Below, one piece after another: positions 37,319 to 46,218 of a stretch of 64,000 bases of DNA; the stretch's first letter is position 1; each line of letters begins with the position of its first letter. The DNA lies in the sequence record MW760841.1. One strand, 5' to 3'. The translations under genes were made by a program, and so were the position numbers. Below the pieces are notes generated by a model. The model made no database searches, was not told the DNA's origin, and saw nothing but the letters and a program-made list of their open reading frames with translations.

Positions 37319-38011
37319 ATGAGGAGCATCAAAATGGTTGCAACTACACGTTTGACCCAACCCCCTAAGAGCCGCAACGCAACGGACAAAAAGAAATTAG
37401 ATGTCCGCCCAAGCAACACCGGTACCGGTAAAAGTGCTGAGCCAGAAAAGCCAGCAGTGATTGAGCCAGAAGTGCTCATCTTCCCACCGCAGGCACCTGT
37501 TCACGGTAAGCTCATCATCAACCTGTACCAGGGTGATTACCGTCTGTCCGTGTTCCAGGACTCCACCATCAATACCTTTGTGGTCTACCACAAAGACGTT
37601 ATCCTGGGTGTGATTCGCGGACACCGTCGTACGTCTATCTCCACGTACGCCCTGCATGTGTCGGTTATCGCGCGCCTGGCCATTAACGTATCGGAAGAAG
37701 CAGCATCCGAATACCTGGCCGTCGCGGCGTTCTTCGATAACAACCTGCGCGCTTATACCGCTAAGCAACCACTTTACGTGGACTTGCAGTACAGCTACAC
37801 CACCCCGAATGGTCAACATACGGGCTACATGTTCATCGCCGGTAAGAACGTGGCGTATGATGATGAAGTCGGCGATGACGCGAAAGAAATCTTGTTCCGT
37901 GCGATGCCGTACATCAAGAATTTCGCTGACCGTTATGCCAACGTTGAGCATGAGCACGACACGTTGTTAGTGGGTGCCAATCTCTCCACGGACCTGTCCT
38001 GGAAACAATAA
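37319..38011 (+). CDS. hypothetical protein
   Basis: 230 aa; basic disordered N-terminus. Confidence 0.65.
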   Translation: MRSIKMVATTRLTQPPKSRNATDKKKLDVRPSNTGTGKSAEPEKPAVIEPEVLIFPPQAPVHGKLIINLYQGDYRLSVFQDSTINTFVVYHKDVILGVIRGHRRTSISTYALHVSVIARLAINVSEEAASEYLAVAAFFDNNLRAYTAKQPLYVDLQYSYTTPNGQHTGYMFIAGKNVAYDDEVGDDAKEILFRAMPYIKNFADRYANVEHEHDTLLVGANLSTDLSWKQ

Positions 38012-38019
38012 CAATTAAT

Positions 38020-38077
38020 AAGGGGGCTTCGGCCTCCTTATATTTTTTGTCTTTTTACGTTTGCTATAGATCTTGTG
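38020..38077 (+). terminator. terminator followed by TTTTTACG-N14-TGTG promoter
   Basis: AAGGGGGC-TTCG-GCCTCCTT plus T tract; ACG 38057-38059, TGTG 38074-38077. Confidence 0.7.
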
Positions 38078-38103
38078 TAGACTACACACTCTTGGGGTAA
38101 AAC

Positions 38104-39051
38104 ATGTATACCATTGCGCGAGTATTTTGGGGCGGTCCTCATGCCCGTAAACTGCGCGAGTTGTTACAACCGGGCACAGACTCGGCATACCGGCTCGATG
38201 CGTTCTTAAAGAATCCTTCCATCTGCGTTTACGGCCTTAAAATGGGCGACGAGTGGGGCGGGTATTTCGCCACCTCCAACGTACCGGGTGATGAGACCCT
38301 GGCCTGCCATCATTTCACACAGTTGAAAGCCCACGCTATTCGTCCCTCGACGATTCAACTGCTGCTTGACCACACCGGGACTTCCAATCTCATGATACTG
38401 GGTGAGACTGAGAAGCAAATCTCCCGTCTGGAGAACCTGGGCTTTATTCTGATTGAGAACAACTGGTCTGCGCAAACGAAACCGTATGCGGAGCTGGAAG
38501 TGGATAAACACGCTGTGGATATCTCACTGGCCCTGGCTGATAATGAACTCAGTGATTCCGAACTGCATGAACTGAACGTGGTGCTCTCCTGCTCGATTAT
38601 GCAAGAGGGCGAATACGACCCGCTGGAACGTTGGATTCTGAGTTCGATTCGTCCTGACCAGGTTATTGAACGTGGGCGTACCGGTCAATACCGCACCGTG
38701 GTGTGGCGGGAAGACGGACATATTCTCGGTATCGCACAGCTGGAGTACACCAACTGGGGTGGCGTGTCCTTAACCGGGATGGGTGTACACCCTGACCATC
38801 AGAAACGCCGTATTGGTCGTAATCTGGTTGCCGCTGCCATGAAGCTGGCTTCGCAGTCCCACGAAGAAATCAGCGCGACCACTTTCGCGGGCAATCTTCC
38901 GGCGGAACACTTGCTGGGTACCTTATTACGCTACACCAAGCTACCCGGTTCGTACGGTATCGGTAAGACCGAAGACACGGTGTCCTGGAAACGTACCAAG
39001 GGCTTCAAAAAACTTGCTGACCGTGAACTCGGACCGATGTTAACTGAATAA
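38104..39051 (+). CDS. tandem GNAT-domain acetyltransferase
   Basis: C-terminal motif A GVHPDHQKRRIGRNL and GNLPA; N-terminal half ends RLENLGF. Confidence 0.75.
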   Translation: MYTIARVFWGGPHARKLRELLQPGTDSAYRLDAFLKNPSICVYGLKMGDEWGGYFATSNVPGDETLACHHFTQLKAHAIRPSTIQLLLDHTGTSNLMILGETEKQISRLENLGFILIENNWSAQTKPYAELEVDKHAVDISLALADNELSDSELHELNVVLSCSIMQEGEYDPLERWILSSIRPDQVIERGRTGQYRTVVWREDGHILGIAQLEYTNWGGVSLTGMGVHPDHQKRRIGRNLVAAAMKLASQSHEEISATTFAGNLPAEHLLGTLLRYTKLPGSYGIGKTEDTVSWKRTKGFKKLADRELGPMLTE

Positions 39052-39060
39052 GAGGTAAGG

Positions 39061-39885
39061 ATGCAGCGCGCTATTTTAAAATGGGTCGGCGGTAAGTCCC
39101 GTGTGATACCGGCCTTAAAAAAAGTTCTGCCAGAAGGTGATTGTCTGGTCGAACCGTTCGTTGGCAGTGGTTCCGTGTTCCTGAATACGGATTATGCCCA
39201 GTATCGCCTGTCGGATTCCAATCCTGACTTGGTACTGGTGCTTAAAGTGGCCTCAGAAGCTCCTGACGACCTTATAGAAGCTTGCGAAGAGCTATGGGGC
39301 ATGGGATTCGATGAAGACACCTACGCGACGCTGAAGGCCAAATTCAACGACCGTAAGAATATCACCATTGAAGACAGCATTGACCGCGCTGCACTGTTCA
39401 TTTACCTGAACCGTCATGGCTATAACGGTCTGTGTCGTTACAATGGTAGTGGGGGCTACAATGTCCCACACGGTAAGCCGGAGTCTGCTCCGTATTTACC
39501 ACGGGCGGAAATTCACGCATTCTGGAAGAAATGCTCCGAGTGCGAAGTGATTATTACCTGTCAGGATTTCACCGAGTCATTGGTGAACCTGCCCAAGAAC
39601 GCGGTGGTCTATTGTGACCCGCCCTATATTCCTCGCTCGAAAACCGCAGCATTTGCGCAGTACCACAAAAGTCCTTTCGGACAACAGCAGCATCGTGTGC
39701 TGGCTAAGCTGTTAAAGGCGGCCCACAAAGACGGTGCAAAGGTTGTGCTGTCGAACTCGGATACGTTGTTGACCAAAGACATCTATTACGGGTTCGAATG
39801 GCAGACGATTGTTGTCGGACGTTACGTGGGGGCAAAAGCTGACAAGCGGGGCAAGGTTAACGAACTTATCGGGATTCTGAAATGA
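39061..39885 (+). CDS. dam: Dam-family N6-adenine DNA methyltransferase
   Basis: LKWVGGKS, VEPFVGSGSV, YLNRHGYNGLCRYN, VYCDPPY. Confidence 0.93.
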   Translation: MQRAILKWVGGKSRVIPALKKVLPEGDCLVEPFVGSGSVFLNTDYAQYRLSDSNPDLVLVLKVASEAPDDLIEACEELWGMGFDEDTYATLKAKFNDRKNITIEDSIDRAALFIYLNRHGYNGLCRYNGSGGYNVPHGKPESAPYLPRAEIHAFWKKCSECEVIITCQDFTESLVNLPKNAVVYCDPPYIPRSKTAAFAQYHKSPFGQQQHRVLAKLLKAAHKDGAKVVLSNSDTLLTKDIYYGFEWQTIVVGRYVGAKADKRGKVNELIGILK

Positions 39886-40685
39886 AACTGGTTCAATACC
39901 AAATTGATAACGACCAGATGGCGGTGCAGTTCAACGGCAAGATGGCGCGTATCGATAAAGTCTGGACTGCTCTCTCGCAGTTTCGAGGCGGTCTGTGTGA
40001 CCACACTGAACACTACATGATTCTATCAAACAGTGACCGTGTGTTGATGTACTTTAACGGCACGCGTAGTGGCCGTCATTTTTATATCCAGGGTTTCAGC
40101 CCGTTGGCTGACCAACCGTTCAAGCAGTGGAATGCACTGCGTCGTGAACTGGAAGTCAGTTATCTGGAACTGATAACGGGTGCAGAAGGAGGGAGTGTTC
40201 GTGCGCAGTTTGAGTCAATGGGGTTGTCGTTTGTGACGAAGCGTGTGCTCTTCACCATCACAGACCCAAGCCTCGTCTCATTCCCAACGTGCGGCATTCA
40301 GTTGCAGGACAACAGCTCGCTTGACGAGATTGCTGCTTTGTGTGAACTGGCTAAGAAAAAGCTGGCAGGTGCCGAGGATGTCTTAGCCAGTGCTGCTGCC
40401 GGGGCAACCAGTGTGCAGATGCGCTTTACCGGCAACGTCTTAACCAGTGCCATGTTCTACAGTGAGCTGGGGAAAGAGATGTTGGTGAGCGAAGCCTTCG
40501 TGTCCGTGTACCCAGTTGGGAGCATGGAATACGCCGGTGAATTCATCGAGCACTTCCGGGGGATGTTGGGGCGTTGTGCGAATGAAGGGCGTGAGTTCTC
40601 TATCGCATTAGCAGCCGAAGCCAAGATTCCAGAATACGAGGGTATTAAGCACGAGGTACGGTCTCACCACTACACCTTCACCTAG
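39882..40685 (+). CDS. degenerate tandem GNAT-like protein
   Basis: 267 aa; mid-protein FESMGL motif; ATGA overlap with dam. Confidence 0.45.
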   Translation: MKLVQYQIDNDQMAVQFNGKMARIDKVWTALSQFRGGLCDHTEHYMILSNSDRVLMYFNGTRSGRHFYIQGFSPLADQPFKQWNALRRELEVSYLELITGAEGGSVRAQFESMGLSFVTKRVLFTITDPSLVSFPTCGIQLQDNSSLDEIAALCELAKKKLAGAEDVLASAAAGATSVQMRFTGNVLTSAMFYSELGKEMLVSEAFVSVYPVGSMEYAGEFIEHFRGMLGRCANEGREFSIALAAEAKIPEYEGIKHEVRSHHYTFT

Positions 40686-40693
40686 GAGCCTGA

Positions 40694-41494
40694 ATGAAAC
40701 AGTTACGCCTGGTAGAAGAAACAGAGTACCTCTCTAGCCGCGAATGGCTACGGAAGCACAATGTAGAATATTTTCAGAGGCAGTGCGTGAATTACGAGCG
40801 CGATATTGACGAGGACGTGTTCCGTCTTGTCACGGTGTTCGTCGGTGAAGAAAGGGCAATGATGCTCTTGTTACTTGACCGCCTTTTCATGCTGGAAATA
40901 CTGGCCATTAACACCAATCCAGAAATCCCGGTGCCCAGTATTACCAAACTGCTTCTGCGGCAGCTGCAACGTCCCCGCATCATCACGTATGCGCGGGAGT
41001 ACGAAGAGCAGTATGTCGAGATGGGGTTGCCGGTTGTGTCCATCAACTACGCCCGCCCCATCATCCCAGGTAGACGTGACGATAAACGTTTCACGGCAAA
41101 CGTCGCTTCGCTGTACCACGATAAAGAACAGTTCCGCATCTATGTGCGCACCACCCTGGGAGAAGACCCGGCGGTTGAATCGGTACTCAACTCCAATGGG
41201 TTGTTCTCCCTGTTGATTACTGAGGAAGGTGCACAGGTTGCGGCAATTGTGAGTCGTGGTGAAAATCGTTGGGTGATGTCTGACCCACAGATTCTTCGTG
41301 TGTCTGGAAATGTACCGGTATCCGATGCGGTCTTTGGCCGCTTTATCGAATGCCTGATGGCCTGCTTACCGAAAGGAGATACCCTCGTGTATTCTTCGAC
41401 GATACAGGCAGCGAACAACCGGGTAACGTGGCTGATTATGAACGGCTTCGTCCCTGAAAGCTATTTGCACCATCGTGCCCTAAAGGAGAATTGA
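40694..41494 (+). CDS. degenerate tandem GNAT-like protein
   Basis: YVEMGL mid-protein and ANNRVTWLIMNGF at C-terminus. Confidence 0.5.
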   Translation: MKQLRLVEETEYLSSREWLRKHNVEYFQRQCVNYERDIDEDVFRLVTVFVGEERAMMLLLLDRLFMLEILAINTNPEIPVPSITKLLLRQLQRPRIITYAREYEEQYVEMGLPVVSINYARPIIPGRRDDKRFTANVASLYHDKEQFRIYVRTTLGEDPAVESVLNSNGLFSLLITEEGAQVAAIVSRGENRWVMSDPQILRVSGNVPVSDAVFGRFIECLMACLPKGDTLVYSSTIQAANNRVTWLIMNGFVPESYLHHRALKEN

Positions 41495-42252
41495 TGAGAG
41501 AGATTACCGAAGAGGTTGTCAAAGGCAACTACCCTAAACCGCTTGGCCGGGGTTTATTGAAGTGGCGTATTGATGACCTGGATACCGAACGCGGTGAAAC
41601 CAAACATATCGTGGAACTCGATAATGGCGACATTGCTTATGTGCGCAAGTTGGCAAACAGCCTGCTGGTCACTGACATCGATATCCTCTATGGATTGACT
41701 GGCGCTACGCTGGTAGGGTTACCAGAGTGTCTGGGGGCACAACATGCCTTCCTGTACAGCTCGAAAATTGACGACCCGATGCCGAAGCAGCTGGGCATGG
41801 CCTTGCGTACCGTCACCATGCGTAAAGACGGCCAGTACGAAATGGACTGCCCGGAAGGTTTCGAAGTAGACGTGGTGTTGTCTGACGCTGAAATGGCTGC
41901 GCTGTTGAGCGGTGCGGAAACCAGCGAAGGTCTACGTCTGGCCATCGGTGACATTGGCCGGGGTATCTCTTTCCTGTGTCGTGTCAAAAGCCAACTTGGT
42001 GATGCGTTGCTGATTGTTGACCGTGACCCTGATAACGGCTTAACCCTGAACTGCTTCACCGCCGCCGGTACCCAGGATGTGTTACGTATCCTGGACGGGT
42101 TTGATTACCTGGTATCGAAAGCCCCGTACGGTTATTACAATGCCGTGCATGACCATGAAGTAGAAGTAGACCTTGCCGACTACATGGCAAGTAAAGGCTT
42201 TAAACCTAAAACCTCTGTATTCGCTGTTACTGCTGCCCCTAAAGGAGAATAA
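41491..42252 (+). CDS. degenerate tandem GNAT-like protein
   Basis: PKQLGM mid-protein and DYMASKGFKP at C-terminus. Confidence 0.5.
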   Translation: MMREITEEVVKGNYPKPLGRGLLKWRIDDLDTERGETKHIVELDNGDIAYVRKLANSLLVTDIDILYGLTGATLVGLPECLGAQHAFLYSSKIDDPMPKQLGMALRTVTMRKDGQYEMDCPEGFEVDVVLSDAEMAALLSGAETSEGLRLAIGDIGRGISFLCRVKSQLGDALLIVDRDPDNGLTLNCFTAAGTQDVLRILDGFDYLVSKAPYGYYNAVHDHEVEVDLADYMASKGFKPKTSVFAVTAAPKGE

Positions 42253-42253
42253 G

Positions 42254-42562
42254 ATGTCCATTAATCGTTCCGTATCTCGCTCTAAAGAAATCGTGTACAC
42301 CGTTGAAACCAAAGACGAAGTCGGTCAGTTCCATGCGGTTATCGATGATCGTCATATCCTGCTGGTGACTTTCCCTGGCGACACCATGAGCAGCCGCCGT
42401 CACACTGGCCTGCTGGATGATCTGTTGAAGAAAGCCAAAGCCCGTGATGGGATTGCTGACCATCAGATGCTGTACACCAAGGTACTGAAGGCCGAAGGTA
42501 AAGAACTGTTGATCGTACCGGCTGACCCTGAACTGCGGGCAGCGGCTAACGCGCTCAATTAA
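42254..42562 (+). CDS. hypothetical protein
   Basis: AAAGGAG SD before ATG 42254 (MSINRS). Confidence 0.65.
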   Translation: MSINRSVSRSKEIVYTVETKDEVGQFHAVIDDRHILLVTFPGDTMSSRRHTGLLDDLLKKAKARDGIADHQMLYTKVLKAEGKELLIVPADPELRAAANALN

Positions 42563-42600
42563 TGGTCATTCTATGAACCTTTAAACGATGAGGAAAGGCG

Positions 42601-43089
42601 ATGGAAGTTATTGACTTCGAGCAGTTGCCTCAACATGACTTCGACCTTGACGTTCGTAGCGAAGACAATGCTGATGCTAACCTGTTAATGCAGCGCTATT
42701 ACGCGCTAGTGACAGGCAATGAAAAAGACGAGGTTAGCCTTGGCGATTTCGAGAAAATGTTGGTAGGTCTGATTGGGTCAAATGCCTCACATGTGGCGTT
42801 ACTCAATGAGCTGAACTTCACTACGGTCGAACCATCTGATGCAGCCATGGTTCTCCGCGAGAGTATCGTTCCGAACGAGGAAATCCTCGATAAGATCGCT
42901 GCTCTTCGTGGCCCGTTCGATGAAGCGGTAGAAGACTACACGGAACAACTGAAAGAAGCAGGGTTGACCCTGTGTGCTCCGGTTGACCCGAATCCTAGCA
43001 TTGAGCAGGAAGAGGAAGCCCGTGGTCGTCTTGCGCGTTATGTCATTACCAGCGTGCTGGTTGACGACCGCGAAGAAACCCAGCTTTAA
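42601..43089 (+). CDS. acidic helical hypothetical protein
   Basis: 162 aa; about 36 D/E vs 12 K/R (hand count). Confidence 0.7.
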   Translation: MEVIDFEQLPQHDFDLDVRSEDNADANLLMQRYYALVTGNEKDEVSLGDFEKMLVGLIGSNASHVALLNELNFTTVEPSDAAMVLRESIVPNEEILDKIAALRGPFDEAVEDYTEQLKEAGLTLCAPVDPNPSIEQEEEARGRLARYVITSVLVDDREETQL

Positions 43090-43092
43090 GAT

Positions 43093-43127
43093 AATCCCTC
43101 ACTTAGCGGTGAGGGATTCTTTTTTTA
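43093..43127 (+). terminator. intrinsic terminator ending the GNAT/dam operon
   Basis: AATCCCTCAC-TTAGCG-GTGAGGGATT plus T tract. Confidence 0.75.
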
Positions 43128-43187
43128 TTTAAATACAGATGGGGTTATCTATATGTACAAACCCCCATCAATTAGAGGAATACAAGA

Positions 43188-43523
43188 ATGTGGCTTAGCG
43201 CTATTCACCGTGACCTGCCGAAAGTAGTTGACTTTGGAACGACCGTAACTGGCGACCCGCACACTGACCCGGTACAGGTTGACGTTGGACTGGCTCGCTT
43301 CGACCGTATGGAAGAAGGCCAGTTCGTTGTCATGGACAATGACGACAATGAGTTCATGCTGTTCCACCCTGAGGTGGACGTGTCTGATATCAAAGACGGC
43401 GTATGGTTGGCATCCTGGCAGGATAAAGAAACCCAGAAGTGGATGTGGGCAATTGCAACTTGCACTGCACCAGATTGCTTCACTATCTCGACGAAACATC
43501 ATGTCGAACCCAAACCTCACTAA
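43188..43523 (+). CDS. acidic hypothetical protein
   Basis: 111 aa; GAGGA SD. Confidence 0.55.
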   Translation: MWLSAIHRDLPKVVDFGTTVTGDPHTDPVQVDVGLARFDRMEEGQFVVMDNDDNEFMLFHPEVDVSDIKDGVWLASWQDKETQKWMWAIATCTAPDCFTISTKHHVEPKPH

Positions 43524-43785
43524 CGTTGCGTTTCGTCGCATGTTCATGCGACCGATGGGGGCGGAGAAGGCCGGTAAGGTTGAAGCCCGCGTTGACCGTA
43601 TTCTTCCCCATCTTGTCTATCTGCGTAACGTTGTGGATGACCATCCGTTTATGATGCTGATAGGTGCCTTCAATTTAATCCCGGCTCCTGGTCGCACGGT
43701 GACAATTGATCGTCGTAACTTCACCATGACGGTTCCCGAAGGTAATAAGGTACGTCGTCCTGTGCGGATTGATGCCCTATCGTAA
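43501..43785 (+). CDS. hypothetical protein
   Basis: ATG 43501 (MSNPNLT), 94 aa. Confidence 0.55.
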   Translation: MSNPNLTNVAFRRMFMRPMGAEKAGKVEARVDRILPHLVYLRNVVDDHPFMMLIGAFNLIPAPGRTVTIDRRNFTMTVPEGNKVRRPVRIDALS

Positions 43786-43792
43786 TTCTTTT

Positions 43793-43878
43793 CAGATAGA
43801 TATTATTTAAGTGAGAGTACCTACTCTTGCCGGACTCGTCCTACCCTTAATCGGGTAGGACGTAGTTTTATATTTTTT
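43793..43878 (+). promoter_or_regulatory. early promoter followed within ~25 nt by a terminator-like hairpin
   Basis: CAGATAGATATTATTTAAGTGAG; CGTCCTACCC-TTAATC-GGGTAGGACG plus T-rich tail. Confidence 0.6.
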
Positions 43879-43893
43879 CGAGAGGAAGAATTC

Positions 43894-44346
43894 ATGTTCC
43901 AGAACTCCGTTGTGAGTGATTCTGATTTAACACAGTTTCGCGAACGTACCCAGTTGATGATTGACAACGGCGACTTGGCACGAAGCAAACTGAAAGACGT
44001 TATCGTCGAATTGCAGAAGGTGCCAGATATTGCGACCGTGTGGTCATGCGAGGGCTTAGTCCGTGTGGAGAAGGGCCGTCCTCGCACTCGTCAAGCGCAT
44101 TACTTATCGTTCGTCGTGAACGAGAAGGGTCTTAAACTGCTGGAGGTGATTTGGCAGGTGTGGCAAGCCGGTCCCGATGGACAACGGATGAGCCTAACCT
44201 TACAACACCAACAGTACCAACATCGTCCCACCGCTACCTATCCGGCGTGGACGTTTAAGCTGAATCGCAGACCGGACGACGATGTGGTCGAGCAAGCCTG
44301 CGAGTATTGGTTGATGATGGCGAAAGTCATGTCAGCCCAATCGTAA
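43894..44346 (+). CDS. hypothetical protein with TYW3-like T-x-x-S-C-x-G motif
   Basis: LQKVPDIATVWSCEG...YLSF; GAGGA SD. Confidence 0.5.
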   Translation: MFQNSVVSDSDLTQFRERTQLMIDNGDLARSKLKDVIVELQKVPDIATVWSCEGLVRVEKGRPRTRQAHYLSFVVNEKGLKLLEVIWQVWQAGPDGQRMSLTLQHQQYQHRPTATYPAWTFKLNRRPDDDVVEQACEYWLMMAKVMSAQS

Positions 44347-44372
44347 TTTTTACGTCAGCAATCAATCTAATG
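44347..44372 (+). promoter_or_regulatory. putative nvRNAP-type promoter
   Basis: TTTTTACG-N14-AATG. Confidence 0.5.
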
Positions 44373-44395
44373 TATACCATAACAGGAGCATCACC

Positions 44396-45007
44396 ATGCA
44401 ATCTATCGCTATCCCTTTAGCACCCGTCGAGTTCCCAAAATTCAGCGGTGTGCAGATGTACATGAAGAAAGTCATGGCGTCTGTCGCCCATTTTGCTGTG
44501 CCGTTGGAGTATCGCATAATGGTGCGTGACATGATCGCTATCTCCGATATTCCGGGTGACCAGGATGTCTGGATTACCATTGACGAATCTCGCGTGCAGA
44601 AAGGTCAGAAGCATCGCCGTGGCGGTGCCCACATCGACGGTTGCTACGAAACCATGGGCTGGAACGGTTGGGGTGGCGGTTGGTTGAACGGTGTGCCGGG
44701 TCGTATGTTGTCCGAAGCAGAGCACACTCGCTCTTACCGTAACCCAAATGGCGGGATGATTATCGCATCTAACTTTGCAGCCTGTCAGGTCTGGCAAGGC
44801 GAAGTTGATGGCATCGCGGGTCAGGGTGGTGACTGTGAACATCTGCGAGACCAGTTCGATAAACTGGAAACCGACGTCATGGTGCCGAACAAAGCCTACA
44901 TGACCAATTCCACCTGCATCCACGAGTCGCTGCCATTAGGCCGCACGTACAACCGTCAGCTTATTCGTATCACCCTGTCCGAACAGTTCCAATTCCCAAT
45001 TCAGTAA
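44396..45007 (+). CDS. 2OG-Fe(II) dioxygenase-like protein
   Basis: H-x-D (AHIDG), distal His (IHESLP), downstream R-x-x-x-R (RQLIR). Confidence 0.65.
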   Translation: MQSIAIPLAPVEFPKFSGVQMYMKKVMASVAHFAVPLEYRIMVRDMIAISDIPGDQDVWITIDESRVQKGQKHRRGGAHIDGCYETMGWNGWGGGWLNGVPGRMLSEAEHTRSYRNPNGGMIIASNFAACQVWQGEVDGIAGQGGDCEHLRDQFDKLETDVMVPNKAYMTNSTCIHESLPLGRTYNRQLIRITLSEQFQFPIQ

Positions 45008-45034
45008 TTGTTTACCCCTAAAGGAGAATCTAGA

Positions 45035-45670
45035 ATGGCTAAGATTAAGAAACCACGTAACAAAAAGTACAGCCCGAAAATGGCCCTTGCTGAAACCTCA
45101 CGCATGGTGGCCGAGAATGCGTTAAACCGCATTGCGTTTATCGGGGCGTCTAACCGCCGCTTACAACCGTTCGGCGGGCGTGGTTTCCAGTACACCGTGG
45201 GTACCCGAGTCCGTGTGACGGTCAGTGCTGCATTGGCCGAAACCCTCTTTGAGGATGAACGCCATTGGAACCTGTGGATGTGTCACTACGCGAACAGCCC
45301 AAACGGTGTGCAAGCAATGTCCTCGTTGTTGTCGCTCGATGATTACACCCTCGGTGATTTCAACGAACATATCCAGACTCTGGTTGACCACACTCGCCCA
45401 GAAGAGATTGCTGATGAAGATTACATCGGCTTTGCGTTCTTCTGTGCACCAAACGACCGTTGGGATTTCGAAGGCCCAGCAGATGAACGTCTCATTGAGA
45501 ACTTCATGGCGTCTGGGGTGTTAGAGAAAGACACCCATGTTCCGATGTCTGTGTGGCCAGTGGAACGTGAAGAACTCATCATTAAACTGATGGCTGACCA
45601 TGCCAAGTTTGATGTGTCGATGAAAGTTCATGCGCGCGGTGAAGGTGACGATTACAAACTGGTGGACTAA
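45035..45670 (+). CDS. conserved hypothetical protein
   Basis: AAAGGAG SD; MAKIKKPRNKKYSPK start. Confidence 0.7.
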   Translation: MAKIKKPRNKKYSPKMALAETSRMVAENALNRIAFIGASNRRLQPFGGRGFQYTVGTRVRVTVSAALAETLFEDERHWNLWMCHYANSPNGVQAMSSLLSLDDYTLGDFNEHIQTLVDHTRPEEIADEDYIGFAFFCAPNDRWDFEGPADERLIENFMASGVLEKDTHVPMSVWPVEREELIIKLMADHAKFDVSMKVHARGEGDDYKLVD

Positions 45671-46218
45671 TGAACTACTGGAAACGTTTTAAGCAGCTGT
45701 GGGTGAAGGAGCGGAAGGTTGACTTCACGCCCATTGAGCGGGCGGTCGAGGAATACTTTAACGCGGGAAATCACGACATCATCGCATTAGCCGATTCGAT
45801 GAACCTGACCCCGCGTGAATTGTATTTCATGATGTCAACGGACAACCTGCGTTGTAATATTCTCCCGGCACTCCCGGAGAAAGAGCGCAAGGAGTTGACG
45901 TCGGAGATTTGTGCTCGCGTGTTCAGTCGTAACCCGGTGCAGTTCTCCATGTCGTTTCACGGAAAGCTGGAACCGCATGATTTGCACGAGCTGGTGTCTA
46001 AGTTCGACATGATACGGGCAAATACCTACATCGTCGGCGATCTGGATAAAATGCCGGAGATTCAATTAACCGACTTCACCACCCCACAAGGTGAACGAGC
46101 GTGTTACATCACCCTCGTCTGTGAAGAGTTCGATAAATTACTCGGTCGGGTCGTGGGTATGACCGACGTCCAACAAAACATGCTGGCGGTACGCTATGGA
46201 CAATCTAACCCCTGTTGA
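45670..46218 (+). CDS. hypothetical protein
   Basis: 182 aa; TAATG coupling. Confidence 0.65.
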   Translation: MNYWKRFKQLWVKERKVDFTPIERAVEEYFNAGNHDIIALADSMNLTPRELYFMMSTDNLRCNILPALPEKERKELTSEICARVFSRNPVQFSMSFHGKLEPHDLHELVSKFDMIRANTYIVGDLDKMPEIQLTDFTTPQGERACYITLVCEEFDKLLGRVVGMTDVQQNMLAVRYGQSNPC

